From assembly GCA_937873145.1 (NCBI GenBank), contig CALMVK010000007.1, positions 853 to 64,852 of the forward strand: a stretch of 64,000 nt of DNA. The letters run 5' to 3'. Source of the DNA: an uncultured Granulicella sp. GTDB lineage: Bacteria; Acidobacteriota; Terriglobia; Terriglobales; Acidobacteriaceae. The notes beneath the pieces are model-generated. The model did not search any database. It was not told where the DNA came from and worked only from the letters and a program-made list of their open reading frames with translations. The position numbers were made by a program, and so were the translations under genes. Below, in pieces: positions 19,610 to 29,400 of this stretch (the first letter of the stretch is position 1; each line of letters opens with the position of its first letter).

Positions 19610-20371
19610 ATGACCGGATTGCGCGAGTCGCAGTTGCTGGACGCGGTTGACCTGCTGCTGGATGCACGGCGAACGATGACTCCGATCGACGATCTTCCGT
19701 CGGAGCTTCGGCCTGCCTCAATGGATGAGGTCGTCTTTGTGCAGGACCGGATGCAGGAGGCGTACGGCGCGGTCGGGGGTTGGAAGGTAGGTGCTTCTTC
19801 GCGTGACGCTACACCGGCGGCAGCACCGCTTCCTTTGACGATGATCGCGCACAGCGGCGCGGCACGGGGAGGCCGTCTTCGCGGTCTCGAGGCAGAGATT
19901 GCCTTTGTGCTGAAGACCGATCTGCCTGCGCGCGCACAGCCTTACAGCGATGAAGACATTTATGCCGCAATAGGAACGTGCCATCCGGCGATTGAGATTC
20001 TAGAATCCGCACTTGTTGAACCCACGCGCCCGGAGGCAAAGACGACCATGCTGGCGGACTTACAGATGCATGGCGGGCTCGTCCTCGGACCAGGTTGCCC
20101 GTTCTGGCGCGAGGTGGATTTTCAGCGGGAGCATGTGACGTTGGCAATAGACGGGATGATCAGGATAGAAGAGACGGGCTCGCATCCTACGGGCGATTTA
20201 CTGCACCTGCTACGATGGCTGGCGAACGAAGGGGCAGCACGAACGGGAGGACTTCACGCCGGACAGTGGATCACGACGGGAAGCTGGACCGGCATTCTTG
20301 AGGCCCGTACGGGTTCGTCCGTCGATGTGCACTTTTCGACCATTGGAAGGGTCGGTTTCCGTTTCAGTTGA
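19610..20371 (+). CDS. fumarylacetoacetate hydrolase family / 2-keto-4-pentenoate hydratase-like
   Basis: GGWKVG, LEAEIAF, AIEILES, ITTGSWTG; good RBS. Confidence 0.85.
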   Translation: MTGLRESQLLDAVDLLLDARRTMTPIDDLPSELRPASMDEVVFVQDRMQEAYGAVGGWKVGASSRDATPAAAPLPLTMIAHSGAARGGRLRGLEAEIAFVLKTDLPARAQPYSDEDIYAAIGTCHPAIEILESALVEPTRPEAKTTMLADLQMHGGLVLGPGCPFWREVDFQREHVTLAIDGMIRIEETGSHPTGDLLHLLRWLANEGAARTGGLHAGQWITTGSWTGILEARTGSSVDVHFSTIGRVGFRFS

Positions 20372-20389
20372 ACGCGACGGGCGCTAGGC

Positions 20390-21877
20390 TTACTCATTGG
20401 TTTTGCTTGCCGTTCGAAAAGCCTGTTGAAATTCTTGTGCGTCGAAGGGAGCGCGATGCAGATTGGGCTCTTGCTCCCTGGGCTCAAAAGCGATCTCGGT
20501 TTGTTGCACTGCATCGGCGATGACCACCGTTTTTGCATTCAAAAATTCGCGCATTCCGGCGGCAGAGAGTTCGCGGCCGTATCCTGAGCGCTTGATGCCG
20601 CCGAAGGGCAGGCGCGGGTCGCTGGCCACCATGGCGTTGACAAAGACCTGGCCGCACGCAAGTTCAGCGATCAGCTGTTTTTGTTCGTCCACCTCGCGGG
20701 TCCAGACAGAGGCGCCCAAACCAAAGGGCGTGTCGTTGGCGACCTCGATGGCTTCCTCAAGCGAACGTACGCGAAACAGCAGGGCCACGGGACCGAGGAT
20801 CTCTTCGCGATAAACCCCGACGGTGCGTGGAACATCGACCAGCACGGTAGGAGGAAAAAAGCTGCCTGAGCCTTCGCGACGCTCGCCTCCGGTCAGCAGA
20901 CGGGCCCCGGCACGGGTGGCAGAAAGCACCTGCTGCTGCACCTCGGCGACGATCTGCGGGGTAGCGAGCGGACCGATCTCGGTAGTCTCCTCCATTGGAT
21001 TGCCTACTAGAAGCGCTTTCATTGAGGCGACGAAGCGCGACTCGAAGTCAGCAAAGATGTCTTCATGAACGATGAAGCGCTTCGCCGCGATGCTCGACTG
21101 ACCATTGTTGACGATGTGGGCTTTGACCGCCGTGGAGAGCGCAAGATCCAGGTCTGCCGAGGGCAGGACGATGAAGGGATCGGAGCCGCCCAGCTCGAGG
21201 ACGGAGCGCTTGAGCAGCCAGCCGGCTTGCGCGGCGATGGCGCGGCCGGCGGCTTCGGAGCCCGTAACGGTCACAGCGGCGATGCGCTCGTCCGAGAGCA
21301 CAGCTTCTACCTGCCGGGCTTCGATCATCAGGGTCTGGAAGGTGCCTCGCGGGAACCCGGCACGGCGGACCAGAGCCTCAATTGCCAGACCGCACTGCGG
21401 AACGTTCGACGCGTGCTTCAACAGAGCGACGTTGCCAGCCATCAGGGCAGGCGATAGAAAACGGAAGACCTGCCAAAAGGGGAAGTTCCAAGGCATGACG
21501 GCCAGCACGATCCCGAGCGGATCCCAGCGGACGTAGCTGTTGTTCTGCTCGGTCGGTATCGGTTCTTCGGTCAAGATGCGGGCGGCGTTCTCGGCAAAAT
21601 AGCGGCAGCCCAGCGCGCACTTGAGGATCTCCTGGCGGGCGCTGACGAGCGTTTTGCCCATCTCGGCGGTAATCATGGCAGCCAGTTCGTCGACTTCGTG
21701 CTCGAGAATCCCGGCCAGTTTGCGCATGCAGAGAGCGCGATGTTCAAGCGGAATCTCACCATAACTGCGGAAGGCGATATGCGCCGTGGCGATTTTGGCT
21801 TTCACAGCCTCGTCGCTCAAGGGCTCGAACTGGCGAAGCACCTCGCCTGTCGCTGGATTGATAGAGGTAATCGACAT
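20390..21877 (-). CDS. succinate-semialdehyde dehydrogenase-like ALDH with catalytic Cys replaced by Ser
   Basis: PWNFPFWQ, LKHA, TGSEAAG, LELGGSDP, EEILGP, PFGGIKRSGYGREL; NNGQSSIAAKR where the family has NNGQSCIAAKR. Confidence 0.88.
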   Translation of the reverse strand: MSITSINPATGEVLRQFEPLSDEAVKAKIATAHIAFRSYGEIPLEHRALCMRKLAGILEHEVDELAAMITAEMGKTLVSARQEILKCALGCRYFAENAARILTEEPIPTEQNNSYVRWDPLGIVLAVMPWNFPFWQVFRFLSPALMAGNVALLKHASNVPQCGLAIEALVRRAGFPRGTFQTLMIEARQVEAVLSDERIAAVTVTGSEAAGRAIAAQAGWLLKRSVLELGGSDPFIVLPSADLDLALSTAVKAHIVNNGQSSIAAKRFIVHEDIFADFESRFVASMKALLVGNPMEETTEIGPLATPQIVAEVQQQVLSATRAGARLLTGGERREGSGSFFPPTVLVDVPRTVGVYREEILGPVALLFRVRSLEEAIEVANDTPFGLGASVWTREVDEQKQLIAELACGQVFVNAMVASDPRLPFGGIKRSGYGRELSAAGMREFLNAKTVVIADAVQQTEIAFEPREQEPNLHRAPFDAQEFQQAFRTASKTNE

Positions 21878-21900
21878 AGGGAACAGGGTCCGCAGCCAGT

Positions 21901-24525
21901 TTAGCAAGGAGTGTCCGGCGGCAGTGTGGGGTCCGCGGCGGTATCCAGCAGAAGGCGCAGTTCAGCGTGGAGTGCCGACGCGATCTGCTCCGGAGTGTCC
22001 GCAGGCGAGCAGCGAATCGGGCTGCCGATGCGGATGCCGAGACGCCCGGCGTGGAACCAGTCCTGGGCAACGGCCTTCTGTGCCGAAAAGCCCTGAAGAG
22101 CGATCGGCAGCACCTCCGTCTTCGAAGCCTGGGCGAGCAGGCCGATGCCGGCACGAAAGGGCTGCAGCGCACCTGTCGGAGAGCGGCGGCCCTCAGGAAA
22201 GATCAGCACGTGAAAGTCGCGGTCGAGCGCCTCACCGGCGTGGGCGAAGCTGCGGCGGAACCCGGCCTGGCGTGGAAGCGGAAAGGCGTTCAGCAGAGCC
22301 GTCACCAGGCAATACTGGATGGGAGCAAGCATGTTCGCCCACCAACTGCCCTGGTTGCGACCGTGCCGCCAGTCTTCGAGCATCTCTCCGGCGGTGGCTA
22401 CGGCGAGGCGCCGGCGCACATGCGGCGGAAGCGCGTACAGTACCAGCCCTACGTCGAACCACGTGACGTGGTTGGCAATCAGCAGCATGGGTTGGGTGGA
22501 AAGAGACGTCGCGGGCAGTTCCACCCGGGGCTTGGCGAGGAGCCAGACCAGCGGCCGGACGATGGCTTCGACAAACGCGACGCGGAGAGCTTGTATAGGA
22601 CGCGACCATGGCCAGCGTGGATAGCGGAAAGCGGGCGGCTCGGCGGGGAGTGGCTGAACTCGTGACGACTCCAGGCTTGTGGCCTGCGCAGAGCTGTCAG
22701 ACATTCGGGGAGCCAGCAAAGTACGCAGCTGCCCGAGCGTTTCAATCTTCAGCAAGGTTGCGTCGTCGATCGACGTCCCGAAACGCGTCTCCAGGGCGCT
22801 TTGCAACTGTACGCGTCCGAGGCTATCAAGGTGAAGATCTTCGGTAAGGCGAGCGTCCTCGCCGGTTTGCGTGGCCGGGACGCCGGTCAGCGAAGCAAGC
22901 AGCGTTGTGAGCGAGTCGCTTTCCTCTGTTTGGCTGACGGCCCGGTCCTGCTGCGCAACCCACGCGGCCACCGTGCGGCGCTGGATTTTGCCGGTCGAGG
23001 TGCGGGGCAGATCACCGTCTCGCCACAGGAACCAGTGGCGGATTTGCTGGTAGCCGGCCAGGTCTGTGTTGGCGGCATGCACCGCCGCGGCGGCTGCTGT
23101 GGGTCCGGCGGGTGCGACGAGCACGGCGGCCGGTTCCTGGCTTGTGCCCGCAATCGAAAGCGCCACGACAGCGCAGGCAATCACCTGCGGCTGCCGGAGC
23201 AACGCGGCCTCGACATCCTCGGGATGGATGTTGACCCCTGAAGCGGTGACAATGACCTCGCTGCGGCGGCCGGTGAAGCGAAGATTTCCGGCGTCATCCT
23301 GGGTGGCGAGGTCGCCGGTGGCGAGCCAGGGATCTTCACGCTGGAGCAGTTGGCCATTCTGCCACGTGGCGGTCGAGACCATCTCCCCGCGAACCGAGAT
23401 TTCACCCTCGGCACCAAGGCGCATCTCGCGCCCAGGCAGCGGCTTGCCGATGGAGCCGCGGCTGATGCGGAAGGGATGGTTCAAAGTCACGAGGGCGGCG
23501 GTCTCGGTAAGGCCATAGCCCTGGATGACGGCGAAACCCATGCGGTTCCAGAACTCTTCAAGGTCGCTCGGCAAAGATGCGCCGCCACAGACAAAGGCCC
23601 AAAACTTCCAGCCCAGACGCCGATGCACCCGACGAAAACGCCAGATGCGTCGCCAGACGCTCTCGCCGGGTACGGCTTGCAGATGCCGCGGATCGACAGC
23701 CAGGTAGGACCGCAGCAGATCCAGCAGGCGAGGGACCGCGGCCAGCACTGTAATGCGTTCGCGGCGCAGGGTCCGGACGATTCGTTCGGCTTCCAGACGG
23801 CTCTCAAAGTGGACCTCCGCGGCCAGCAACGGCGGCAGCCACAGACCCATGAACTGGCCGAAGACGTGGCTGAGGGGCAGCGTATGCAGGAACCGCAGGG
23901 GATGGAACCAGCGCTCATAGCGGCGATACCGGCGGATCTCGGCCTCGATCGGCTCGACGCTGGCAAGCACATTGCCGTGGGTGTGCACGATGCCTTTGGG
24001 CTCGGAGGTGGTGCCGGAGGTGAAGAGAATTTGGAGCGGGCTTTGCCGCTGCAGGCCGGGGATCGGCACAGAAGGCGGTGCGGCAGGCAAGCGGCTGAGT
24101 TCGGCGAAGGGCAAAATTGGAATCGGCGTGAGTAGGCTCAGCAAGAGTGGCGCATCCCCCAGGATGAGCTGCGGGGTGGTCTCGGCGAGGACCCGCTCCG
24201 CAAAGACGGCCGTGCCCGCAGCATCGAGCGGAACGACCAAAATGCCGCGCAGGACGCACGCGAAAAACGAGGCGACCCACTCCGCCGAGTTCTCACCCCA
24301 GAGCAGGACGCGCTCACCGGGAGCGATGCCGCGCCGCTCAAGCTCGGCAGCCACGCGGTCGGTCAGGCCGGCGAGAGCGGCGTAGGTGGTTCGTGCGCTG
24401 CGGTTGCCGGTGTAGCGTACAAAAGCAATCTGTGCCTCGGCGTTGCGCCAGTCGGCGACCAGCGTGGCCAGGTGCGGCCGCTTTCCTCGTACGTCGGGAA
24501 ACGAGCCTCGATCGGGAGCTGCCAT
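21901..24525 (-). CDS. acyl-CoA/ACP synthetase + ACP + acyltransferase fusion (Aas-like)
   Basis: FTSGTTSEPKG, QGYGLTET, LDSLG carrier serine, NHVTWFD and FPEGRRS PlsC motifs. Confidence 0.88.
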   Translation of the reverse strand: MAAPDRGSFPDVRGKRPHLATLVADWRNAEAQIAFVRYTGNRSARTTYAALAGLTDRVAAELERRGIAPGERVLLWGENSAEWVASFFACVLRGILVVPLDAAGTAVFAERVLAETTPQLILGDAPLLLSLLTPIPILPFAELSRLPAAPPSVPIPGLQRQSPLQILFTSGTTSEPKGIVHTHGNVLASVEPIEAEIRRYRRYERWFHPLRFLHTLPLSHVFGQFMGLWLPPLLAAEVHFESRLEAERIVRTLRRERITVLAAVPRLLDLLRSYLAVDPRHLQAVPGESVWRRIWRFRRVHRRLGWKFWAFVCGGASLPSDLEEFWNRMGFAVIQGYGLTETAALVTLNHPFRISRGSIGKPLPGREMRLGAEGEISVRGEMVSTATWQNGQLLQREDPWLATGDLATQDDAGNLRFTGRRSEVIVTASGVNIHPEDVEAALLRQPQVIACAVVALSIAGTSQEPAAVLVAPAGPTAAAAAVHAANTDLAGYQQIRHWFLWRDGDLPRTSTGKIQRRTVAAWVAQQDRAVSQTEESDSLTTLLASLTGVPATQTGEDARLTEDLHLDSLGRVQLQSALETRFGTSIDDATLLKIETLGQLRTLLAPRMSDSSAQATSLESSRVQPLPAEPPAFRYPRWPWSRPIQALRVAFVEAIVRPLVWLLAKPRVELPATSLSTQPMLLIANHVTWFDVGLVLYALPPHVRRRLAVATAGEMLEDWRHGRNQGSWWANMLAPIQYCLVTALLNAFPLPRQAGFRRSFAHAGEALDRDFHVLIFPEGRRSPTGALQPFRAGIGLLAQASKTEVLPIALQGFSAQKAVAQDWFHAGRLGIRIGSPIRCSPADTPEQIASALHAELRLLLDTAADPTLPPDTPC

Positions 24526-24589
24526 CGTAGGTTAGAGGCATATGCCATAATCGGGTTTGTTCCAGCCGAAAACGTAGCTGTCGAGAAGG

Positions 24590-25087
24590 ATGACCAAGGG
24601 AGAGTGTGTGCCGACCCAGGACGACGAGCGCTTTATGCGGATGGCGATCGCGCTGGCGACCGAGAACGTCATCTCCGGTCGCGGAGGTCCGTTCGGCGCG
24701 GTGGTGGTACGGGATGGCACGGTGCTCTCTACGGGAGTGAACCAGGTGACGACGACCAACGATCCAACGGCGCACGCGGAGGTCTCGGCGATCCGCAATG
24801 CATGCCGGGAGCTCGGAACGTTTGAACTTACCGGCGCAACGCTCTACTCAAGCTGCGAGCCTTGCCCGATGTGCCTGGCGGCCATCCTGTGGGCGCGCTG
24901 CAGTAGGCTCTTCTTCGGCAACACCGCTCAGGATGCGGCGCAGGCGGGCTTCGACGACTCATACTTTTACGAACAGGTGCGCCAGCCTGCGGATCGGCGC
25001 GATCTCCCCACCACCAATCTGCTGCGTGGGGAAGCCGCGGCCAACTTCTCCGCGTGGCAAACTTTTGCAGGAAGGATTCCTTACTGA
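24590..25087 (+). CDS. guaD: nucleoside/guanine deaminase (cytidine deaminase fold)
   Basis: GGPFGAV, DPTAHAE, CEPCPMC. Confidence 0.8.
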   Translation: MTKGECVPTQDDERFMRMAIALATENVISGRGGPFGAVVVRDGTVLSTGVNQVTTTNDPTAHAEVSAIRNACRELGTFELTGATLYSSCEPCPMCLAAILWARCSRLFFGNTAQDAAQAGFDDSYFYEQVRQPADRRDLPTTNLLRGEAAANFSAWQTFAGRIPY

Positions 25088-26364
25088 TGAAACTGACCAA
25101 AATGGCATTGCTGGGATTTGGAACGGTGGGGCAATCCGTGGTGAAGGGCCTGCGCGGAGATAGCTTTCCCAGTCTCCAGCTGACGCATATCCTCAACCGC
25201 AACATCGCGCGCAAACGCGAGACGGAGGCGGCCGGATATGCCGGGCCGGAAGTGGTCTGGACCGAAGATATTGCCGACGTGCTCGACTCCGACGTAGACG
25301 TGGTGGTGGAGTTGATCGGCGGGTCGGACCCGGCGGCGACGTGGATCGAGCACGCACTACGGTCAGGCAAATCGGTGGTCACGGCGAACAAGCAGCTGAT
25401 CGCCTACCGAGGGCCGGAGCTGGCGCGTCTGGCCGCGGCGCACGGTGTGCAACTGCTGCATGGAGCGGCGGTGGCGGGCGGGGTGCCGGTGATCCCGGGC
25501 ATGCAGCAGGGGCTGGGTGGCGACCAGGTGGTGCGCGTCAGCGGAATCCTGAATGGCACATGTAACTACATCCTGAGCCGCATGGAGACGGGGGATCGCT
25601 ATGCGGATGTGCTCAAGGACGCGCAGGCACTCGGGTATGCCGAAGCTGACCCGACCGCGGATGTGGGTGGCTTCGATGCACGGGCCAAGCTGTGCATCCT
25701 GGCGCGGGTGGCCATGCAGGCGGAGCTCGACCCGGAACAGGTGGCTACACAAAGCATCGCGGAGGTAGATGCGGTGGACTTTGCCTACGCGCGGGAGCTG
25801 GGGTCGACGATCCGGCAGGTCTCGAAGGCGCAGTTGCTGGAGCAGGGCATGTATGCGCGAGTGGCGCCGATGCTGGTGCCGCTGAACTCGCCGCTGGCCT
25901 GGTCGCATGGCACGCAGAATATGGTCGTTTCGACCGGACGCATGGGAGGGGACGTGGTGTTTTCGGGCCACGGAGCGGGAGGCGATGCGACGGCGGTGGC
26001 GGTGCTCTCGGACCTGCTGGCCGTGGCGCAGGGCTCGCGGGCGGTGCATCTGGCGGCGGAGCCAAAGTCGGTGACGGGCGACTCGGTGGCGCCGCATTAT
26101 CTGCGCTTCATTGTGAACGACAAGCCGGGAATCGTTTCGGCAATCTCGGGCGCGCTGGCGGCGGCGGGCGCAAACATTGATTCTCTGCTGCAGCGCAAAG
26201 GTTACCCGAAGCAGCGTCTGGCCTTCGTGGTAACGACGGAGCCTTGCCTGAACTCGGTGATCGCGCGGGCGGTCGACTCGACGGCCACGCTGGACTGCAT
26301 GATCGCGAGGCCGCTGGCACTCGAGATGCTCGTGGTGGATGACAAGGACGAGCCAACGGCTTAG
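25087..26364 (+). CDS. hom: homoserine dehydrogenase with C-terminal ACT domain
   Basis: GFGTVG, VVTANK, GILNGTCNYIL, GYAEADP, GHGAGG; ATG overlaps upstream TGA. Confidence 0.93.
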   Translation: MKLTKMALLGFGTVGQSVVKGLRGDSFPSLQLTHILNRNIARKRETEAAGYAGPEVVWTEDIADVLDSDVDVVVELIGGSDPAATWIEHALRSGKSVVTANKQLIAYRGPELARLAAAHGVQLLHGAAVAGGVPVIPGMQQGLGGDQVVRVSGILNGTCNYILSRMETGDRYADVLKDAQALGYAEADPTADVGGFDARAKLCILARVAMQAELDPEQVATQSIAEVDAVDFAYARELGSTIRQVSKAQLLEQGMYARVAPMLVPLNSPLAWSHGTQNMVVSTGRMGGDVVFSGHGAGGDATAVAVLSDLLAVAQGSRAVHLAAEPKSVTGDSVAPHYLRFIVNDKPGIVSAISGALAAAGANIDSLLQRKGYPKQRLAFVVTTEPCLNSVIARAVDSTATLDCMIARPLALEMLVVDDKDEPTA

Positions 26365-26372
26365 CGCGCAGG

Positions 26373-27383
26373 CTAGGCGGAAAAGGCGGCGACGGGCTCG
26401 CCGGCGAGAGGAACGTGGATGCGCTCGGGCCGGAACTCGGAGCGCAGGGCGGGCTGTGAGTCCGGATGCAAGTCGTGCCGCACACGGGACTGATCTGAGC
26501 GCACGCTGCAGCGAATCCACTGCGGCGGCAGAATATGCGTTGAGATCGACTCGTTGCGCCAGACACTGGGCGCGCAGACGATCTTACTGGAATTCGGATT
26601 GAGCCAGGCTCCCCACCAGGAGAAGCTGCTGTTGGCAATGATGTTGTGCTGACATGCGGCCATCAGGCGCAGATCCTCATGGCAGTTGGAGGTAGTGTTG
26701 TGGTCCACGAAGACCATCTTGACGTGGCTCGGCAGATGCTTCTTGCAGTAGGGCATATCGTCTGAGAAGACGAAAAATGTTGGGTCGGCCACGCGCTGCC
26801 GGATCGCTTCGATAGCGTTGCGCTGATACGTCAGAGGGAGGGCATCCTTGCCGCCGTGCACGCGAGTGTAGTCGCCGCGGCGGACGTGCAGGGAGACTGG
26901 CGTCGCAGCATCCTGAATCTGCTGCAGCAGGGCCAGGTTCCTGCCGGTAGGCGCGTCCCGAAAGGCGAGGTGCTCACGCAACTCCGGCTCGATAGCATCG
27001 GGGATGCGGTGAGTCTGAAGATAGCCGAAGAGGTAGAGCGTGCGGGTTTGTGGAGAGACGCGCAGCGTGGCAGGAAAGGAGTAGTTGAGGAAGTGGTGCT
27101 GAAAGAGCACCTGGTTGCGGGAGAGGGCACGGGCCGGTCTGGCGAGGAGCTGATTGCGCTTGACGCGCGAGAACATGAGCCGATCCCAGCGGGACATGAC
27201 GCGGATGGGGGCTCGGATGACGAAGTGCCCGAGCTGCAGGGGAAAGCCATGCCGAATCCTGGAGATCTCCGGCTCTTCGAGGATTTCGAAGTCGACCCCG
27301 AGTTGCTGGGCGAAGAAGAGAGCGTTGGCGTATTGGAAGAGCTGGTTGCCGATGCCGCCCGACTGCGCTAGCAGAATCTTCAT
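26373..27383 (-). CDS. alpha-1,2-fucosyltransferase (GT11)
   Basis: GGIGNQLFQY, SLHVRRGDY, FFVFSDD, ANSSFSWWGAWL. Confidence 0.9.
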   Translation of the reverse strand: MKILLAQSGGIGNQLFQYANALFFAQQLGVDFEILEEPEISRIRHGFPLQLGHFVIRAPIRVMSRWDRLMFSRVKRNQLLARPARALSRNQVLFQHHFLNYSFPATLRVSPQTRTLYLFGYLQTHRIPDAIEPELREHLAFRDAPTGRNLALLQQIQDAATPVSLHVRRGDYTRVHGGKDALPLTYQRNAIEAIRQRVADPTFFVFSDDMPYCKKHLPSHVKMVFVDHNTTSNCHEDLRLMAACQHNIIANSSFSWWGAWLNPNSSKIVCAPSVWRNESISTHILPPQWIRCSVRSDQSRVRHDLHPDSQPALRSEFRPERIHVPLAGEPVAAFSA

Positions 27384-27460
27384 GATGTCTGTCTTCTCCG
27401 GTACAAACCCGAAGTTAGCAGTCAGCAAAGGCGTGCGCCATAGCTCATTCGTTCTATTCC

Positions 27461-27496
27461 TGACCCCTCTGGGGCATTGCGCTCACGGAGGGGTCA
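27461..27496 (-). terminator. putative terminator after moeB
   Basis: TGACCCCTC / GAGGGGTCA inverted repeat just past the moeB stop. Confidence 0.5.
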
Positions 27497-27499
27497 GAA

Positions 27500-28726
27500 T
27501 TAGTATTTGGCCATGGAAGGATCGATCTTATCCGCCCAAGCCAGGATTCCGCCAGCGAGGTTGGAGACGTGAGTGAAGCCGGCATTTTTGAGCGTGATCG
27601 CAGCTTTTTGGCTGCGCGCCCCGGAGCGGCAGTGGACCACGATCTCTTCTTCCTTGCTGACGGGAATCTCGCCAATGCGGGACTCGAGGGAGCCTACGGG
27701 GATTAGCGGCGCGCCGAGCGAGGCGATGGGGACCTCGTAGGGCTCACGGACATCCAGCAGGAAAAAGGGTTCATGAGCGTCCTGCTTACGTTTTAGGTCT
27801 TCAACGGTAATCTGCGGAATGCCGTCTACCACGGAGCCGGAGACATCTTTGTTCTGTGCGACTTCGAGGGGCCCGGTCAGGTCCACGGGCTTCTCGATGC
27901 CGCAGAACTGGTCGTAGTCGATCAGGTGCTGGATCTCGTGCGTTCCGCAGGCGGGGCACTCGGGGTTTTTGCGTAGCTTGAGCTGGCGGAAGTTCATGCC
28001 AAGCGAGTCTACGAGCAGCAGGCGGCCGGCGAGCGAGTCGCCGATGCCCAGAACGTACTTGATAACTTCGGTGGCCTGGATGATGCCGACCAGGCCGGGC
28101 AGGATGCCGAGGACGCCGCCTTCGGCGCAGCTAGGGACCAAGCCCGGGGGGGGCGGCTCAGGGTAGAGGCAGCGGTAGCAGGGGCCGGCTTCGGTGGCAA
28201 AGAGCGACGCTTGGCCTTCGAAGCGGAAGATGGAGCCGTAGGCGTTCGGTTTCCCGGTCAGGACGCAGGCGTCGTTGACCAGGTAGCGGGTCTGGAAGTT
28301 GTCGGTGCCGTCGGCGATGATGTCGAAGTCTTTGAAGATCTCGAGCGCGTTGGCGGAAGTCAGCATGGTGTTGTACTTGACCACGCTGAGGTTGGGGTTG
28401 AGCCCCTTGAGCATGATTTCAGCGGAATCGACCTTGAGCCTGCCCACGGTCGAGGTGGAGTGGATGACCTGGCGCTGCAGGTTCGAGGCGTCGACGGTGT
28501 CGAAGTCGACCAGGCCGAGGGTGCCGACGCCGGCGGCTGCAAGATAGAGGGCCAGGGGCGCGCCCAGGCCTCCGGTGCCGACGCAGAGGACGCGCGCGGC
28601 TTTGAGCTTTTGCTGGCCTTCGTAGCCGACCTCGGGAAGGATGAGGTGGCGCGAGTAGCGGGCGATCTCTTCGTTGGTGAGCTTGGGCAGTCCGACGGTG
28701 GTGTCTTCGAGAACGGCACTGGTCAT
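27500..28726 (-). CDS. moeB: MoeB/MoeZ-type adenylyltransferase with rhodanese domain
   Basis: RYSRH, GTGGLG, SNLQRQ, CYRC/CPAC, HCRSGARS; ATG 28726 has an RBS. Confidence 0.92.
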   Translation of the reverse strand: MTSAVLEDTTVGLPKLTNEEIARYSRHLILPEVGYEGQQKLKAARVLCVGTGGLGAPLALYLAAAGVGTLGLVDFDTVDASNLQRQVIHSTSTVGRLKVDSAEIMLKGLNPNLSVVKYNTMLTSANALEIFKDFDIIADGTDNFQTRYLVNDACVLTGKPNAYGSIFRFEGQASLFATEAGPCYRCLYPEPPPPGLVPSCAEGGVLGILPGLVGIIQATEVIKYVLGIGDSLAGRLLLVDSLGMNFRQLKLRKNPECPACGTHEIQHLIDYDQFCGIEKPVDLTGPLEVAQNKDVSGSVVDGIPQITVEDLKRKQDAHEPFFLLDVREPYEVPIASLGAPLIPVGSLESRIGEIPVSKEEEIVVHCRSGARSQKAAITLKNAGFTHVSNLAGGILAWADKIDPSMAKY

Positions 28727-28896
28727 AGATTCCTCTTGTACATCTTTAGATGATGCCGGGAAGGAATGCGGTGCAAACCGCTCCAGGGGTATCCCCGCCT
28801 TCCCCCGAAAAGTACCCAAAGTCTTCAAAAGAGACGGGTTAGGTCTGGACTTCGAGGGTGTGTCGTCCGGACTTTCGTGGAGGGTTGGTCTAAAGA

Positions 28897-28930
28897 CAAA
28901 TACGGGAATTCTGGCTTCGCCAGAATGACG
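28897..28930 (+). repeat. REP element, family A
   Basis: CAAATACGGGAATTCTGGCTTCGCCAGAATGACG. Confidence 0.85.
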
Positions 28931-29046
28931 CTCTACAGGCAACGTAGTTCTAGATTGGCAGAACAACGCTCTGTGGGAGGGAGTGGTTTGTCGCTTGGAA
29001 CTGAGTTTTGGAACTCTACTTAATGATAGCTCGTGGACAGGGGTAC

Positions 29047-29400
29047 TTATGCCAGCTGTCTTCGCTTTGCGATGAATGACTTAGCGGAAAGTTGGCTTGA
29101 TAGATCGAGCTTGCGGTCAGCGGACAGACATCCGCCGGCAATCGATGGAATGATGGTCAGTTCGTCTGAAGGCGAAACCGGCGAATCCTCCTTCAGGTTC
29201 AGGTAGCGGATGTCTTCCTCGTTCAGGTAGACGTTGACGAAGGAGCGGAGCTTGCCGTCGGTGCCGAAGAGGTTGCCGCGCAGGCCGGGGTAGGCCTCAA
29301 CGAGGGATGCAAGCGCGTCTTTTACAGTGCCGGCGATGATGGAAACCGACTCGTTGCCTTCGGTATAGGCGCGTAGCGGCGTGGGGATGTGGATCGTCAT
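29047..29400 (-). CDS. ThiS/MoaD/CysO-like sulfur carrier with C-terminal extension after GG
   Basis: IHIPTPLR..FVNVYLNEEDIRY..IIPSIAGG, then CLSADRKLDLSSQLSAKSFIAKRRQLA. Confidence 0.88.
   Translation of the reverse strand: MTIHIPTPLRAYTEGNESVSIIAGTVKDALASLVEAYPGLRGNLFGTDGKLRSFVNVYLNEEDIRYLNLKEDSPVSPSDELTIIPSIAGGCLSADRKLDLSSQLSAKSFIAKRRQLA

Noticed and set aside
28760-28870. Possible additional repeat element upstream of moeB
   Set aside because: Looks unlike its flanks, but there is only one copy in the window and no clear terminal repeats.
28727-28966. N-terminal extension of moeB in the ORF track
   Set aside because: Runs through a REP and intergenic DNA; ATG 28726 has an RBS and gives normal length.
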